A stretch of 64,000 nt of DNA, from NCBI GenBank assembly GCA_022711405.1, contig JAKLFC010000011.1:8255-72254 (forward strand). The letters are read 5' to 3'. Position numbers and translations under genes: made by a program. Shown one piece after another: positions 9,501 to 17,059 of this stretch. This DNA comes from Bacteroidota bacterium (GTDB taxonomy: Bacteria > Bacteroidota > Bacteroidia > Bacteroidales > JAGONC01). Every line of letters starts with the position of its first letter. Position 1 is the stretch's first letter. Below the pieces are notes generated by a model. It made no database searches. It was not told the origin of the DNA and saw only the letters and a list, made by a program, of their open reading frames with translations.

Positions 9501-10268
9501 GATGTTGTCCACTTCTTTTTGCAGCAGGTTGTTGGGAAGCCGGTATTCGGGGATACCATACCGGAGCCATCCGCCAGCCAGGGGAGCGGCCTCAAAAAGA
9601 TCTACCTGGTGTCCTTCTTTTTGCAGGAAGAAGCCACAGGAAAGGCCTGCGGGACCTGCTCCGATCACGGCGACTTTTTTCCCGGTGGAAGGCTTTACCT
9701 GTGGTTTCCATTTATTGGGCGATTCAAGATCGAAGTCCGATGCAAAACGTTTCAGGTAATCAATGCCCACCGCATGACCTTCGCTGAGCAGGTTGCGCCG
9801 GCATGCCACTTCGCAGGGTCTGACGCATACCCTTCCGCAGATGGCGGGCAAGGGATTGGTCTCCTTTATTAAAGCGACCGCTTCGTGATACATCCCTTTT
9901 TCGATCAGGGAAATATACCCCTGCACGTCCACCCCGGCCGGACAGGTATCCTTGCAGGGCCCGATGCAGTCCGCATAATGATTGCTGACCAGCAGGTTGA
10001 GCGCCGTCCTTCGTGCGCCGCGTATCCGTTCGTTATCGGTGCAGATCTTCATCCCCTCGCTGATCCTTGTGGAGCAGGAAGGTTGAAGTCCGCGGAAGCC
10101 TTCGACTTCGACCACGCAGAGGTAACAGGACGTATAGGGCACCAGCCGGGGATCATGGCAAAGGGTGGGTATCTGGATGCCATGCCGGCAGGCAAGCTCC
10201 AGGATGGTCTCACCGGGTTTGCCTTTGAGTATCTTTTCGTTGAGAATTATGTTCACTTCATCACTCAT
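6564..10268 (-). CDS. Mosaic redox subunit: 2Fe-2S ferredoxin + GltD-like NAD(P)H flavoenzyme + 2x[4Fe-4S] + NuoG/FdhA-like molybdopterin-oxidoreductase domain without Cys/Sec ligand
   Basis: 1234 aa. CHDPRLVPYTSCYLCVVEV (2Fe-2S). CIGPCKDTCPAG...CGRVCVRPCEVAC (GltD Fe-S region). VAVIGAGPAGLSCG and VAVIGGGNTAMDCCR (two Rossmann motifs). CILCSRCIRIC and CESCGLCISTCP (ferredoxin motifs). CNYCSVGCN (MopB cluster). TNEELYLVQKMARAAVNTNNISSFHYLNRG where formate dehydrogenases have C/U-H. Confidence 0.8.
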   Translation of the reverse strand: MSDEVNIILNEKILKGKPGETILELACRHGIQIPTLCHDPRLVPYTSCYLCVVEVEGFRGLQPSCSTRISEGMKICTDNERIRGARRTALNLLVSNHYADCIGPCKDTCPAGVDVQGYISLIEKGMYHEAVALIKETNPLPAICGRVCVRPCEVACRRNLLSEGHAVGIDYLKRFASDFDLESPNKWKPQVKPSTGKKVAVIGAGPAGLSCGFFLQKEGHQVDLFEAAPLAGGWLRYGIPEYRLPNNLLQKEVDNITELGVQIHFNKRFGENQDYEEIKRKYDAVILTIGSQKGTNIGCEGEDATNVFSGIDFLKQMELTGERFNFRGKRVAVIGGGNTAMDCCRTARRCGAKEVIVIYRRTEKEMPANPIEIHESRLEGVDYMLLTNPARINKDEKGMVKSITCQKMQLGEPDRSGRRRPIPIEGSEFDVEVDYILAAIGQKTDAKFLDGINKHHDGAELKLNRWGDIDADPLTLQTGIPSIFAAGDGVTGPATLIQAIGQAKVASRSCHLFLMGKPVESVKKEFLSKKDHFKTQTPEDYTAHFAHQAREEMPTLDPADRMNFHEVELGYPSEKVALHETQRCLECGCVEYFTCDLKRYCSEYEAEQNSYMGGFNEYAIDFRHPYIEIDNNKCILCSRCIRICREVVGANALGLINRGFDTFVAPSMGNALQDTTCESCGLCISTCPTGAITENVPFKPGPVSLQPVETICNYCSVGCNIMLHHKNGFVMRVTGTEGEINKDGNLCRYAKFGYHYINDRSRITRPLHRENGHFHEIGFDEAFRIIRERIHSVKADDNAFFAGARLTNEELYLVQKMARAAVNTNNISSFHYLNRGKGYDFDSSHNVPFEQIRHASKIYLIGAEINSDNAVAGFMINQAQYQYHIPVELVTVHPQSTMIRKADSSLIIKSYYHFIRAVNYYLVANGFENRLFIHDNCDNFDTYRQQLLKEDFVGLLNASGVPIMDQVIEFAKEINREMNAIIVFSEKECCAGTASEIYNLAMLTGKLGKTANGILVLKEKNNSQGLTDMGISPDLGIGGIPISDRDLHHRLKEKWQIRSIPRPVNNLYELLENAQLKNLFIFGEDPLGCASNKVKVAGWLSVADFVMVQDYFMTDTARHAHLILPASMPFESGGSFTNTQRMIQTFEKVLKCPVEQTGYQQLSNLLGLFGLNGSSSIEDIHLEALSLLTVPKELQRLVFQVTSGSSSGRMFHHGCDILNKRFDDAFSEHLPAKQ

Positions 10269-10295
10269 GGAAAATTCTCCTCATACCTTCAGTAG

Positions 10296-12074
10296 TTAGG
10301 ATAACCTGATCGCTTCGAACTTGCATTTAGAAAAGCATACACCGCACCTGATGCATTTTTCCTGGTGAATGAAATGCACCTGTTTCCGTTCGCCGGTGAT
10401 GGCTTCCACCGGACAATTCTTTGCACAGACCATGCATCCGGTACACTTGTCAGGGATGACCTCGTAGGTCAGCAGCTGCTTGCAGGCCTTGGCCGGACAT
10501 TTTTTATCCCGGATATGGGCTTCGTATTCGTCCCGGAAATATTTGATGGTGGTCAGCACCGGATTGGGGGCAGTCTGTCCCAGGCCGCACAGGGAGCTTT
10601 CCTTGATCTGGAAGGCAAGGTCCTGCAGCCGTTCGATATCACCCTGTTCTCCTTTGCCTTCGGTGATGCGGGTGAGTACTTCGAGCATTCGTTTGGTTCC
10701 GATGCGGCAGAAGGTACATTTCCCGCAGGATTCTTTCCGTGTGAAATCAAGGAAAAATTTGGCCACATCCACCATGCAGGTGGTTTCGTCCATGACCACC
10801 ATTCCTCCTGATCCCATGATGGCGCCTGTAGCGGTAACGGAGTCATAATCGATGGGCGTATGGGCCAGGTACTCAGGTATGCAGCCTCCTGAAGGGCCTC
10901 CCAGCTGCACTGCCTTGAATTTCTTGCCATCGCGGATGCCGCCGCCCAGCTTGAAGATGATGTCATTGATGCTGATACCCATGGGTACCTCCACCAGTCC
11001 CGACCGCCGTATTTTTCCTGCCAGTGCGAAGACCTTGGTCCCCTTGCTTTTCTCCGTGCCGTACCTGGCATAGGCTTCCGCGCCGTTGAGGATGATCCAC
11101 GGAATGTTGGCATAGGTCTCCACGTTGTTGATGTTGGTCGGCTTTTTCCATAGGCCGGAAGAGGCGGGAAACGGAGGCCGTTTGCGCGGCATTCCTCTTT
11201 CACCTTCCACAGAAGCGATGAGGGCTGTTTCTTCCCCGCAGACAAAAGCGCCCGCGCCTTCTTTAATATGAATGTCGAAATCAAAACCCTGTATCCCCAG
11301 GATGTTGTTCCCCAGGTAACCTTTCCGGCGGGCCTGTTCAAGGGCTATATTGAGCCGCTTGATGGCCAGCGGGTACTCCGCCCGGCAATAGATCACTCCC
11401 CCGGTAGCCTCGATGGCATAGGCCCCGATGATCATCCCTTCGAGCACGGAATGCGGGTCCCCCTCCAGTACCGACCGGTCCATGAACGCTCCCGGATCCC
11501 CTTCATCCGCATTGCAGATGATGTACTTTTCGGTAGCTTTGTTATCATTGGCAAATTTCCACTTCAGCCCTGTCGGGAAACCTCCTCCGCCACGGCCGCG
11601 CAATCCTGAGGAAATGACCGTCTGGACCACATCCATGCGGGAGATCCGCTGGCCGGCTATTTTTTTTATCGCACGGTATCCCTGCCTGGCTTCATACTCG
11701 TCGATGTTCTCAGGATCAATATAACCACAGTTTCTCAGCGTGATCTTGATCTGGTTCTGCATGAAATCATTATCCGCGGTAGGAAAGAGATCTGTCTGGA
11801 CCACATGCTCTTTTACCGGGGTATGATGGATGACATGCCGGTCGATGATCTCCACGGCCCTGATCTCATCGATTTCCCCATACAGGTAGGAACCTGTCTG
11901 GTCAATGATCTCCACCAGCGGTTCGCGGTAACACATCCCGATACAGCTGGTCTTCTTAAGATCAAAATCAAGGTTCTCAGCCTGGCGCAACGCCTGGATC
12001 TTTTCGTAGGTTTTCCCTGCACCGGCTGCGATCCCGCAGCTTCCCAGCCCGACAATGACTTTTATTTTTTCCAT
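10296..12074 (-). CDS. NuoF/HydB-like NAD(P)H-binding FMN iron-sulfur flavoprotein
   Basis: 592 aa. Thioredoxin-like 2Fe-2S N-domain, GRGGGGFPTGLKWKF, ESCGKCTFCRIG, and C-terminal ferredoxin motifs CTGCMVCAKNCP and CIRCGVCFSKC. Confidence 0.85.
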   Translation of the reverse strand: MEKIKVIVGLGSCGIAAGAGKTYEKIQALRQAENLDFDLKKTSCIGMCYREPLVEIIDQTGSYLYGEIDEIRAVEIIDRHVIHHTPVKEHVVQTDLFPTADNDFMQNQIKITLRNCGYIDPENIDEYEARQGYRAIKKIAGQRISRMDVVQTVISSGLRGRGGGGFPTGLKWKFANDNKATEKYIICNADEGDPGAFMDRSVLEGDPHSVLEGMIIGAYAIEATGGVIYCRAEYPLAIKRLNIALEQARRKGYLGNNILGIQGFDFDIHIKEGAGAFVCGEETALIASVEGERGMPRKRPPFPASSGLWKKPTNINNVETYANIPWIILNGAEAYARYGTEKSKGTKVFALAGKIRRSGLVEVPMGISINDIIFKLGGGIRDGKKFKAVQLGGPSGGCIPEYLAHTPIDYDSVTATGAIMGSGGMVVMDETTCMVDVAKFFLDFTRKESCGKCTFCRIGTKRMLEVLTRITEGKGEQGDIERLQDLAFQIKESSLCGLGQTAPNPVLTTIKYFRDEYEAHIRDKKCPAKACKQLLTYEVIPDKCTGCMVCAKNCPVEAITGERKQVHFIHQEKCIRCGVCFSKCKFEAIRLS

Positions 12075-12099
12075 AGGAGCATGGATAGGATTGTACCAA

Positions 12100-12642
12100 T
12101 CAGTTATTTTCTTTGATGCGGATATCCCGTATGATCCGCACAGCTTCCTTGCCTGTCAGTTTTCCAAAGACCTCTCCGGCCACCATCATAACGGGAGCCA
12201 GCGAACAGCAACCCAGGCATGCCACCGATTCAAGGGTAAACAGACCATCCGGGGTGGTCTCGCCATCTTTGACGTTAAGGGCTTCTTTCAGCGAGTCGGT
12301 GATCGTGTTGGCATTCTGCACATGGCAGGCGGTGCCGTGGCAGACCTTGATGATGTTCTTACCCACCGGGTGGAGCCGGAACTGTGCGTAAAAGGTGGCC
12401 ACACCATACAGATCGCTCAGCTTCAGTCCCGTGGCATCGGAAATCCTTTCAAATACATTCCAGGGTATATAGCCATAGATCTCCTGAGCACCCTGAAGCA
12501 AGGGAATGAGGCTGCCCTTTTTCCCCCGGTATTTCTCAAGCAGGGGCTCCAAAAGAGAGAGATCCGCAGGGTCCTGCTCCTGTTTTACCGTTTCCTGGTG
12601 TATCCGTGTAATTCGCATGGTTTCATGAATTGAAATGGACAT
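12100..12642 (-). CDS. NuoE/HydC-like [2Fe-2S] subunit
   Basis: 180 aa. CHGTACHV ... CLGCCSLAP. 25 bp upstream of the NuoF-like gene. An alternative start at ATG 12618 is possible. Confidence 0.8.
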   Translation of the reverse strand: MSISIHETMRITRIHQETVKQEQDPADLSLLEPLLEKYRGKKGSLIPLLQGAQEIYGYIPWNVFERISDATGLKLSDLYGVATFYAQFRLHPVGKNIIKVCHGTACHVQNANTITDSLKEALNVKDGETTPDGLFTLESVACLGCCSLAPVMMVAGEVFGKLTGKEAVRIIRDIRIKENN

Positions 12643-12662
12643 GTAAAAGTAAAAAAATGTTT

Positions 12663-12670
12663 CAAAGGTG
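12663..12670 (-). promoter_or_regulatory. Near-consensus -7 box CACCTTTG upstream of the NuoE-like operon
   Basis: About 20 nt upstream of ATG 12642. The first base deviates from TAnnTTTG. Confidence 0.3.
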
Positions 12671-12710
12671 CTTTAAAATGGAGGAATTATTGCCGGACGC
12701 CAGCTTTTTA

Positions 12711-12718
12711 TACTTTTG
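12711..12718 (+). promoter_or_regulatory. Bacteroidota -7 box TACTTTTG (TAnnTTTG) upstream of the DoxX gene
   Basis: The box ends 19 nt before ATG 12738. Confidence 0.4.
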
Positions 12719-12737
12719 CCTTGCAATAGGATTCCGT

Positions 12738-13220
12738 ATGAATTATTCAAACAGACAGACCATCGCACTTATCGCTCTCAGAATCGCCCTGGGCTGGCAC
12801 TTCCTGTACGAGGGACTCACCAAGATCTTTCAGCCGGGATGGACTTCCAGCACATACCTTATGGATTCCAAAGGATTTCTCAGCGGTTTTTACACGTGGA
12901 TCGCATCCCATCCTTCCGTGCTGTCAGCTGCGGATTTCCTCAATGAATGGGGTCTTACCCTGATCGGCCTTTCGCTGATCCTCGGACTTCTTACAAGGAT
13001 CAGTACCATCGCCGGAATGCTGCTCCTGCTCTTTTATTATTTCTCCCACCCTGCATGGATCGGCTTTGAATATATCTTCCCGTCTGAAGGTGCTTATTTT
13101 ATCGTTAACAAGAATATCATTGAGATTTTTGCTTTGCTGGTGATCTGTTCCTTCCCCACGGATAAAATCCTGGGAGTGGAAAGATTGATAAAAAGGAGAA
13201 AAGGTATAACTGGTGGGTGA
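12738..13220 (+). CDS. DoxX family membrane protein
   Basis: I prefer ATG 12738 (MNYSNRQTIALIALRIALGWHFLYEGLTKIF...). Four hydrophobic helices. The longer supplied ORF (from 12630) would overlap the divergent gene start. Confidence 0.65.
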   Translation: MNYSNRQTIALIALRIALGWHFLYEGLTKIFQPGWTSSTYLMDSKGFLSGFYTWIASHPSVLSAADFLNEWGLTLIGLSLILGLLTRISTIAGMLLLLFYYFSHPAWIGFEYIFPSEGAYFIVNKNIIEIFALLVICSFPTDKILGVERLIKRRKGITGG

Positions 13221-13283
13221 TAGTTATTCGTTGTTATTCATTGTCATTCAAATAATGACCACAACTAACCACAACTAACCGCA
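13221..13283. repeat. 10-bp phased repeats: TAGTTATTCG/TTGTTATTCA/TTGTCATTCA, then ACCACAACTA x2, abutting ATG 13284
   Basis: Read directly. Contains the palindrome GTCATTcaaatAATGAC. Confidence 0.8.
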
Positions 13284-14822
13284 ATGACGAATTTTTCACG
13301 CCGTGACATCATTAAAGGCCTTGCGACGCTTCCGGTGATCGGAGCGGTCGCCTACGGAGTATACCGACGTCAGAAAAGATACAGGGAACTGAACCGCAAT
13401 CTGATGGAAGACATACAGGTGCAGCTTCCCGATGAATTACCGGCGGTGAAGGGTGACAGGCTCCGCATTGGCATCATTGGCACAGGAAGCCGGGGCCGTT
13501 ACCTGCTTAAGGCACTTGGGTATGTGCAACCCGAATCCCTTGACAGATGGCAGGTAAGTGCCAGGGAAGATCCATTTTACAGGGAATACCTGCAAAACTT
13601 TCTCGAACAGGAAGACCTGAATGTGGAAGTCACAGCGGTATGCGATATTTTTGATGCCAATGCGCGGAAGGGAATGCTGGCATCCTCGAATCCGGATCGT
13701 ACGGGCACCGGAGGCAAATCCGGAAAAGAACCGGTGCGCTACAAGACCTATAAAGAGTTGTGTTCGGCATCAGATGTGGATGCCGTCATCATCGCCACAC
13801 CTGATCACTGGCATGTCCCCATGGCACTGGAAGCAGCCCGCAACGGAAAACATGTATATTGTGAGAAGCCCCTTTCATGGACCGTTGCCGAAACGTACGA
13901 GATCAGGAACGTGATCAGGGAAAGCGGAGTGGTGTTTCAGCTGGGACATCAGGGACGCCAGACCGACAGCTACCAGGTGGCCCGGTCGCTGATCCGGCAG
14001 AACGTGCTGGGCAAAGTAACCCTGATCGAGGTCTGCACGAACCGGAATGATCCCAATGGTGCCTGGGTTTACGAAATCCCGAAGGAAGCCGGCCCCGGCA
14101 ACATCGACTGGAACCAGTTCATTGGTCCTGCACCCTGGCATGAATTCAGCCTGGAACGCTTTTTCCGCTGGCGCTGCTGGTGGGATTACAGCACAGGGCT
14201 GAGCGGAGACCTGTTCACTCATGAGTTTGATGCCATGAACCAGATCCTCGACCTGGGCATTCCTCATTCTGCGGTGGCCTCCGGCGGGATCTACTTCTTC
14301 AAGGATGGCCGTACCGTCCCCGATGTGCTGAACATGTCGTTTGAGTATCCCGACCGTGACCTGACCCTTCTTTACAGCGCCACACTGGCCAGTGAAAAGA
14401 ACCGGGGAAAGGTGATCATGGGGCACGACGGTTACATGGACCTCAGCGAAACGCTGGTCATCAACGCGGATCCTCAGTCCACACGCTATCGGGAAAAAAT
14501 GGATCAGGGCCTCATCGAACCCAACAAACCTATCTATTCCTATGTCCCCGGTAAGGACAAAGTAGATGCGGTCACCTCTGCGACCGAAAAATATTTTGCG
14601 GGAAGGGGATTGCTGTATACCTACCGCGGAGGAAAAGAGGTGGATACCTCCCATCTTCACCTGAAGGAGTGGCTTAACTGCATCCGCCGTGGAAACGGAG
14701 CCCGGCCCAGCTGCCACATCGATGCAGCTTTTGAAGAGGCTATGACCGCTCACATGGGAACCATCGCCTATAAGGAAGGCAGGAGGGTTTACTGGGATAG
14801 CGGGAGAGAGAGTATTGAATAG
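13284..14822 (+). CDS. Gfo/Idh/MocA family oxidoreductase, TAT-exported
   Basis: 512 aa. Twin-arginine signal SRRDIIKGLATLPVIGAVA. GIIGTGSRGR Rossmann motif. YCEKPLS motif. Confidence 0.8.
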   Translation: MTNFSRRDIIKGLATLPVIGAVAYGVYRRQKRYRELNRNLMEDIQVQLPDELPAVKGDRLRIGIIGTGSRGRYLLKALGYVQPESLDRWQVSAREDPFYREYLQNFLEQEDLNVEVTAVCDIFDANARKGMLASSNPDRTGTGGKSGKEPVRYKTYKELCSASDVDAVIIATPDHWHVPMALEAARNGKHVYCEKPLSWTVAETYEIRNVIRESGVVFQLGHQGRQTDSYQVARSLIRQNVLGKVTLIEVCTNRNDPNGAWVYEIPKEAGPGNIDWNQFIGPAPWHEFSLERFFRWRCWWDYSTGLSGDLFTHEFDAMNQILDLGIPHSAVASGGIYFFKDGRTVPDVLNMSFEYPDRDLTLLYSATLASEKNRGKVIMGHDGYMDLSETLVINADPQSTRYREKMDQGLIEPNKPIYSYVPGKDKVDAVTSATEKYFAGRGLLYTYRGGKEVDTSHLHLKEWLNCIRRGNGARPSCHIDAAFEEAMTAHMGTIAYKEGRRVYWDSGRESIE

Positions 14823-14833
14823 TCAGCAGCATG

Positions 14834-14856
14834 TCCTGAGGGCGAAGCCCGAAGGA
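14834..14856 (+). terminator. Imperfect hairpin TCCTGAGGGC-GAA-GCCCGAAGGA just after the stop at 14822
   Basis: Read directly. No T-tract. Flanked by AGTCAGC-type heptamers. Confidence 0.3.
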
Positions 14857-14872
14857 TCAGCAGTCAGTAGTT

Positions 14873-14927
14873 TTGGAATTTGGATATTGGGATTTGTTTG
14901 GATTTTGGAAACTGGGATTTGGAATTT
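14873..14927. repeat. GGAATTTGG-family 7-bp periodic repeat (copy 1)
   Basis: TTGGAATTTGGATATTGGGATTTGTTTGGATTTTGGAAACTGGGATTTGGAATTT. Related copies at 45656-45707 (same orientation) and 45991-46043 (inverted). Confidence 0.85.
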
Positions 14928-14937
14928 ATACTGAATC

Positions 14938-15993
14938 ATGATCATCAACACTGCAATTATCGGTTACGGCCTGTCGGGCCGCGTCTTCCACGCACCCTTC
15001 ATCCACACGCATCCCGGATTCCGGCTGCATACAATCGTGACCTCCGGTAATGAAGCGGCAGAACGCTATCCCGGCACCCGGATCCTGAGGGATGTGGATG
15101 CGGTCATTCATGACGGTGAAATTGACCTGGTGTGCATCTGCTCGCCGAATGAATTTCATTTTGATCAGGCCAGGCAGGCGTTGCGTTCGGGTAAGCATGT
15201 CATCCTGGAGAAACCCGTCACCCCTTCCTCCCGCGAGGCTTCCGATTTGCTCGACCTGGCCCGGCAGACACAGTGCCACCTTTTCCCGTTCCAGAACCGG
15301 AGGTGGGACGGGGATTTTCTGACCCTCCGCCAGATCCTCGACCAGGAACTGCTGGGGAATGTCCTGGAGTTTGAATCCCATTTCGACCGCTACAATCCTG
15401 AGATCAGCAGGGCATCCTGGCGGTATGTGAACACCACCGCGGGAGGCACCCTGTACGACCTGGGTACTCACCTCATCGACCAGGCGCTGGTGCTTTTCGG
15501 CAAACCTGAAAGGATCTTCTGCCGGCTGTTCAACCAGCGGAAATACAGTGTGGTGGATGATAGCTTCCACCTTAACCTCCTCTATCCCAACCTGAATGTG
15601 ACCCTGAAGGCGGGTGTCTTTGTCAGGGAAAAAGGACCCCGTTTCACTGTTCATGGTACACGGGGATCTTTTGTGAAGTTTGGACTGGATCCCCAGGAAG
15701 ATGCACTAAGAAATGGGAAATGGCCCAAAGGAGAAGCGTGGGGGAGTGAATCCAGAAAAAACCGGGGAATCCTGAATACAGAGGCGAATGGTCATATCAT
15801 CCGTGGCCCTGTCGAAACCTTCCACGGAAATTACATGGGATTTTTTGATAATGTGTACCAGGTGCTGACCGCACATGCGGAACAGGCTGTGAAGCCTGAG
15901 GAGGCGATCCTTGCACTCACCGTGATCGAAAAGGCCAGGGAAAGTCATGCCTCAGGGCAGGTGGTTTCCATGGAACACGGATTACGCGGATGA
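14938..15993 (+). CDS. Gfo/Idh/MocA family oxidoreductase (no signal peptide)
   Basis: 351 aa. TAIIGYGLSGRVFH. ILEKPV motif. Confidence 0.8.
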   Translation: MIINTAIIGYGLSGRVFHAPFIHTHPGFRLHTIVTSGNEAAERYPGTRILRDVDAVIHDGEIDLVCICSPNEFHFDQARQALRSGKHVILEKPVTPSSREASDLLDLARQTQCHLFPFQNRRWDGDFLTLRQILDQELLGNVLEFESHFDRYNPEISRASWRYVNTTAGGTLYDLGTHLIDQALVLFGKPERIFCRLFNQRKYSVVDDSFHLNLLYPNLNVTLKAGVFVREKGPRFTVHGTRGSFVKFGLDPQEDALRNGKWPKGEAWGSESRKNRGILNTEANGHIIRGPVETFHGNYMGFFDNVYQVLTAHAEQAVKPEEAILALTVIEKARESHASGQVVSMEHGLRG

Positions 15994-16075
15994 CGCAAAA
16001 TTTTCACCGAACCGTCTTAAAATTCCCTTCTTTTTATAAATTAGCCTGTCGAACCAGGATGTAAACTCACCGGAT

Positions 16076-16912
16076 ATGACCACACGCAGAGATTTTCTGA
16101 AAACCATGGGTGTTCTTGGTGCCGGGACCATGGCCCTGAATGCTTTTCCCTCCTGCAGCCGCAAGAAAGACATTGGATTGCAGTTGTATACACTGAGGGA
16201 TACGGTGGCTAAGGATACACTGGAAGTCCTCAGGCAGGTAAGCGACATCGGATACAGCCATATCGAGCCCTATGGTTTCGACGGTAATTTTTTTGGTATA
16301 CCGGCCATTGAGTTCCGAAAAATAACTGACGATCTTGGCATGCGCATCACCTGTACCCATACAGGCATATCTGCCCAGAATGCCGATGCCTATCTTGAGG
16401 CAGCACAAAAGGCCGGCCTCGAATATATCGTACTGCCTTCCCCTATGGGCAGGAAGACGGAAACGGCCGATGATTACCGCAGGATGGCAGGGGAGATGAA
16501 TCAGATCGGTGAAAGGGCCCGGCAGGCAGGCATACGGTTCGGATACCACAACCACGCTCATGAGTTTACATCCGGCGCCAACGGTGTGTTCTATGATATT
16601 CTACTGCAGGAAACAAGTCCGGAACTGGTCTGCTTCCAGCTGGATATTTTCTGGATCATCAAGGCTGGGTACGATCCTGTTCCTTACTTCCGGAAATATC
16701 CGGGAAGGTTCGCCCTGTGGCATGTGAAGGATATGGATTCCTCAGGCGAAAGCACTGTGGTCGGTGGCGGGAATATTGACTACAAGGAAATGATGTCCTA
16801 TGCCGGTTTGGCAGGAATGGAATATTTTTACGTGGAACAGGAAAGTTATACAAAGAGTCCCATCGAATCGGTTCAGGATAGTTACAGGTATATACGGGAT
16901 CAGTTAATTTAG
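16076..16912 (+). CDS. Xylose isomerase-like TIM-barrel protein (sugar phosphate isomerase/epimerase family), TAT-exported
   Basis: 278 aa. TRRDFLKTMGVLGAGTMALNA. GYHNHAHEF and WHVKD metal-site-like motifs. Confidence 0.75.
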   Translation: MTTRRDFLKTMGVLGAGTMALNAFPSCSRKKDIGLQLYTLRDTVAKDTLEVLRQVSDIGYSHIEPYGFDGNFFGIPAIEFRKITDDLGMRITCTHTGISAQNADAYLEAAQKAGLEYIVLPSPMGRKTETADDYRRMAGEMNQIGERARQAGIRFGYHNHAHEFTSGANGVFYDILLQETSPELVCFQLDIFWIIKAGYDPVPYFRKYPGRFALWHVKDMDSSGESTVVGGGNIDYKEMMSYAGLAGMEYFYVEQESYTKSPIESVQDSYRYIRDQLI

Positions 16913-16924
16913 AGTGATGTTTTT

Positions 16925-17022
16925 CCTCCTTGCGCCTCGGTGTATTCCTCTGTGCGCCTCTGTGGTTAAATGTATTTTTACCACAGAGGCGAAGGAGGTT
17001 GTCACAGAGGCGCTCAGAGGGT
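16925..17022. repeat. TTAACCACAGAGG-family palindromic element (copy 1)
   Basis: ..CCTCTGTGCGCCTCTGTGGTTAAA-tgtattt-TTACCACAGAGGCGAAGGAGG..CACAGAGGCG..; the arms pair. Confidence 0.8.
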
Positions 17023-17059
17023 GTAAACAGGAATCTGTATCAATAAAAACAGGCATACT

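Noticed and set aside
8397-9872. 491-aa plus-strand ORF antisense to the 1234-aa redox gene
   Set aside because: Long antisense ORFs are expected opposite GC3-rich genes. The protein has no motifs, while the opposite strand carries dense, unambiguous Fe-S and Rossmann signatures.
6564-12642. Annotation as an [FeFe]-hydrogenase (HydABC) or as a formate dehydrogenase
   Set aside because: The NuoE/NuoF partners suggested HydABC, but I find no H-cluster motifs (TSCCPxW, MPCxxKxxE) anywhere. The MopB-like domain lacks the Cys/Sec-His ligand (it reads SSFHYLNRG), so neither catalytic assignment is supported.
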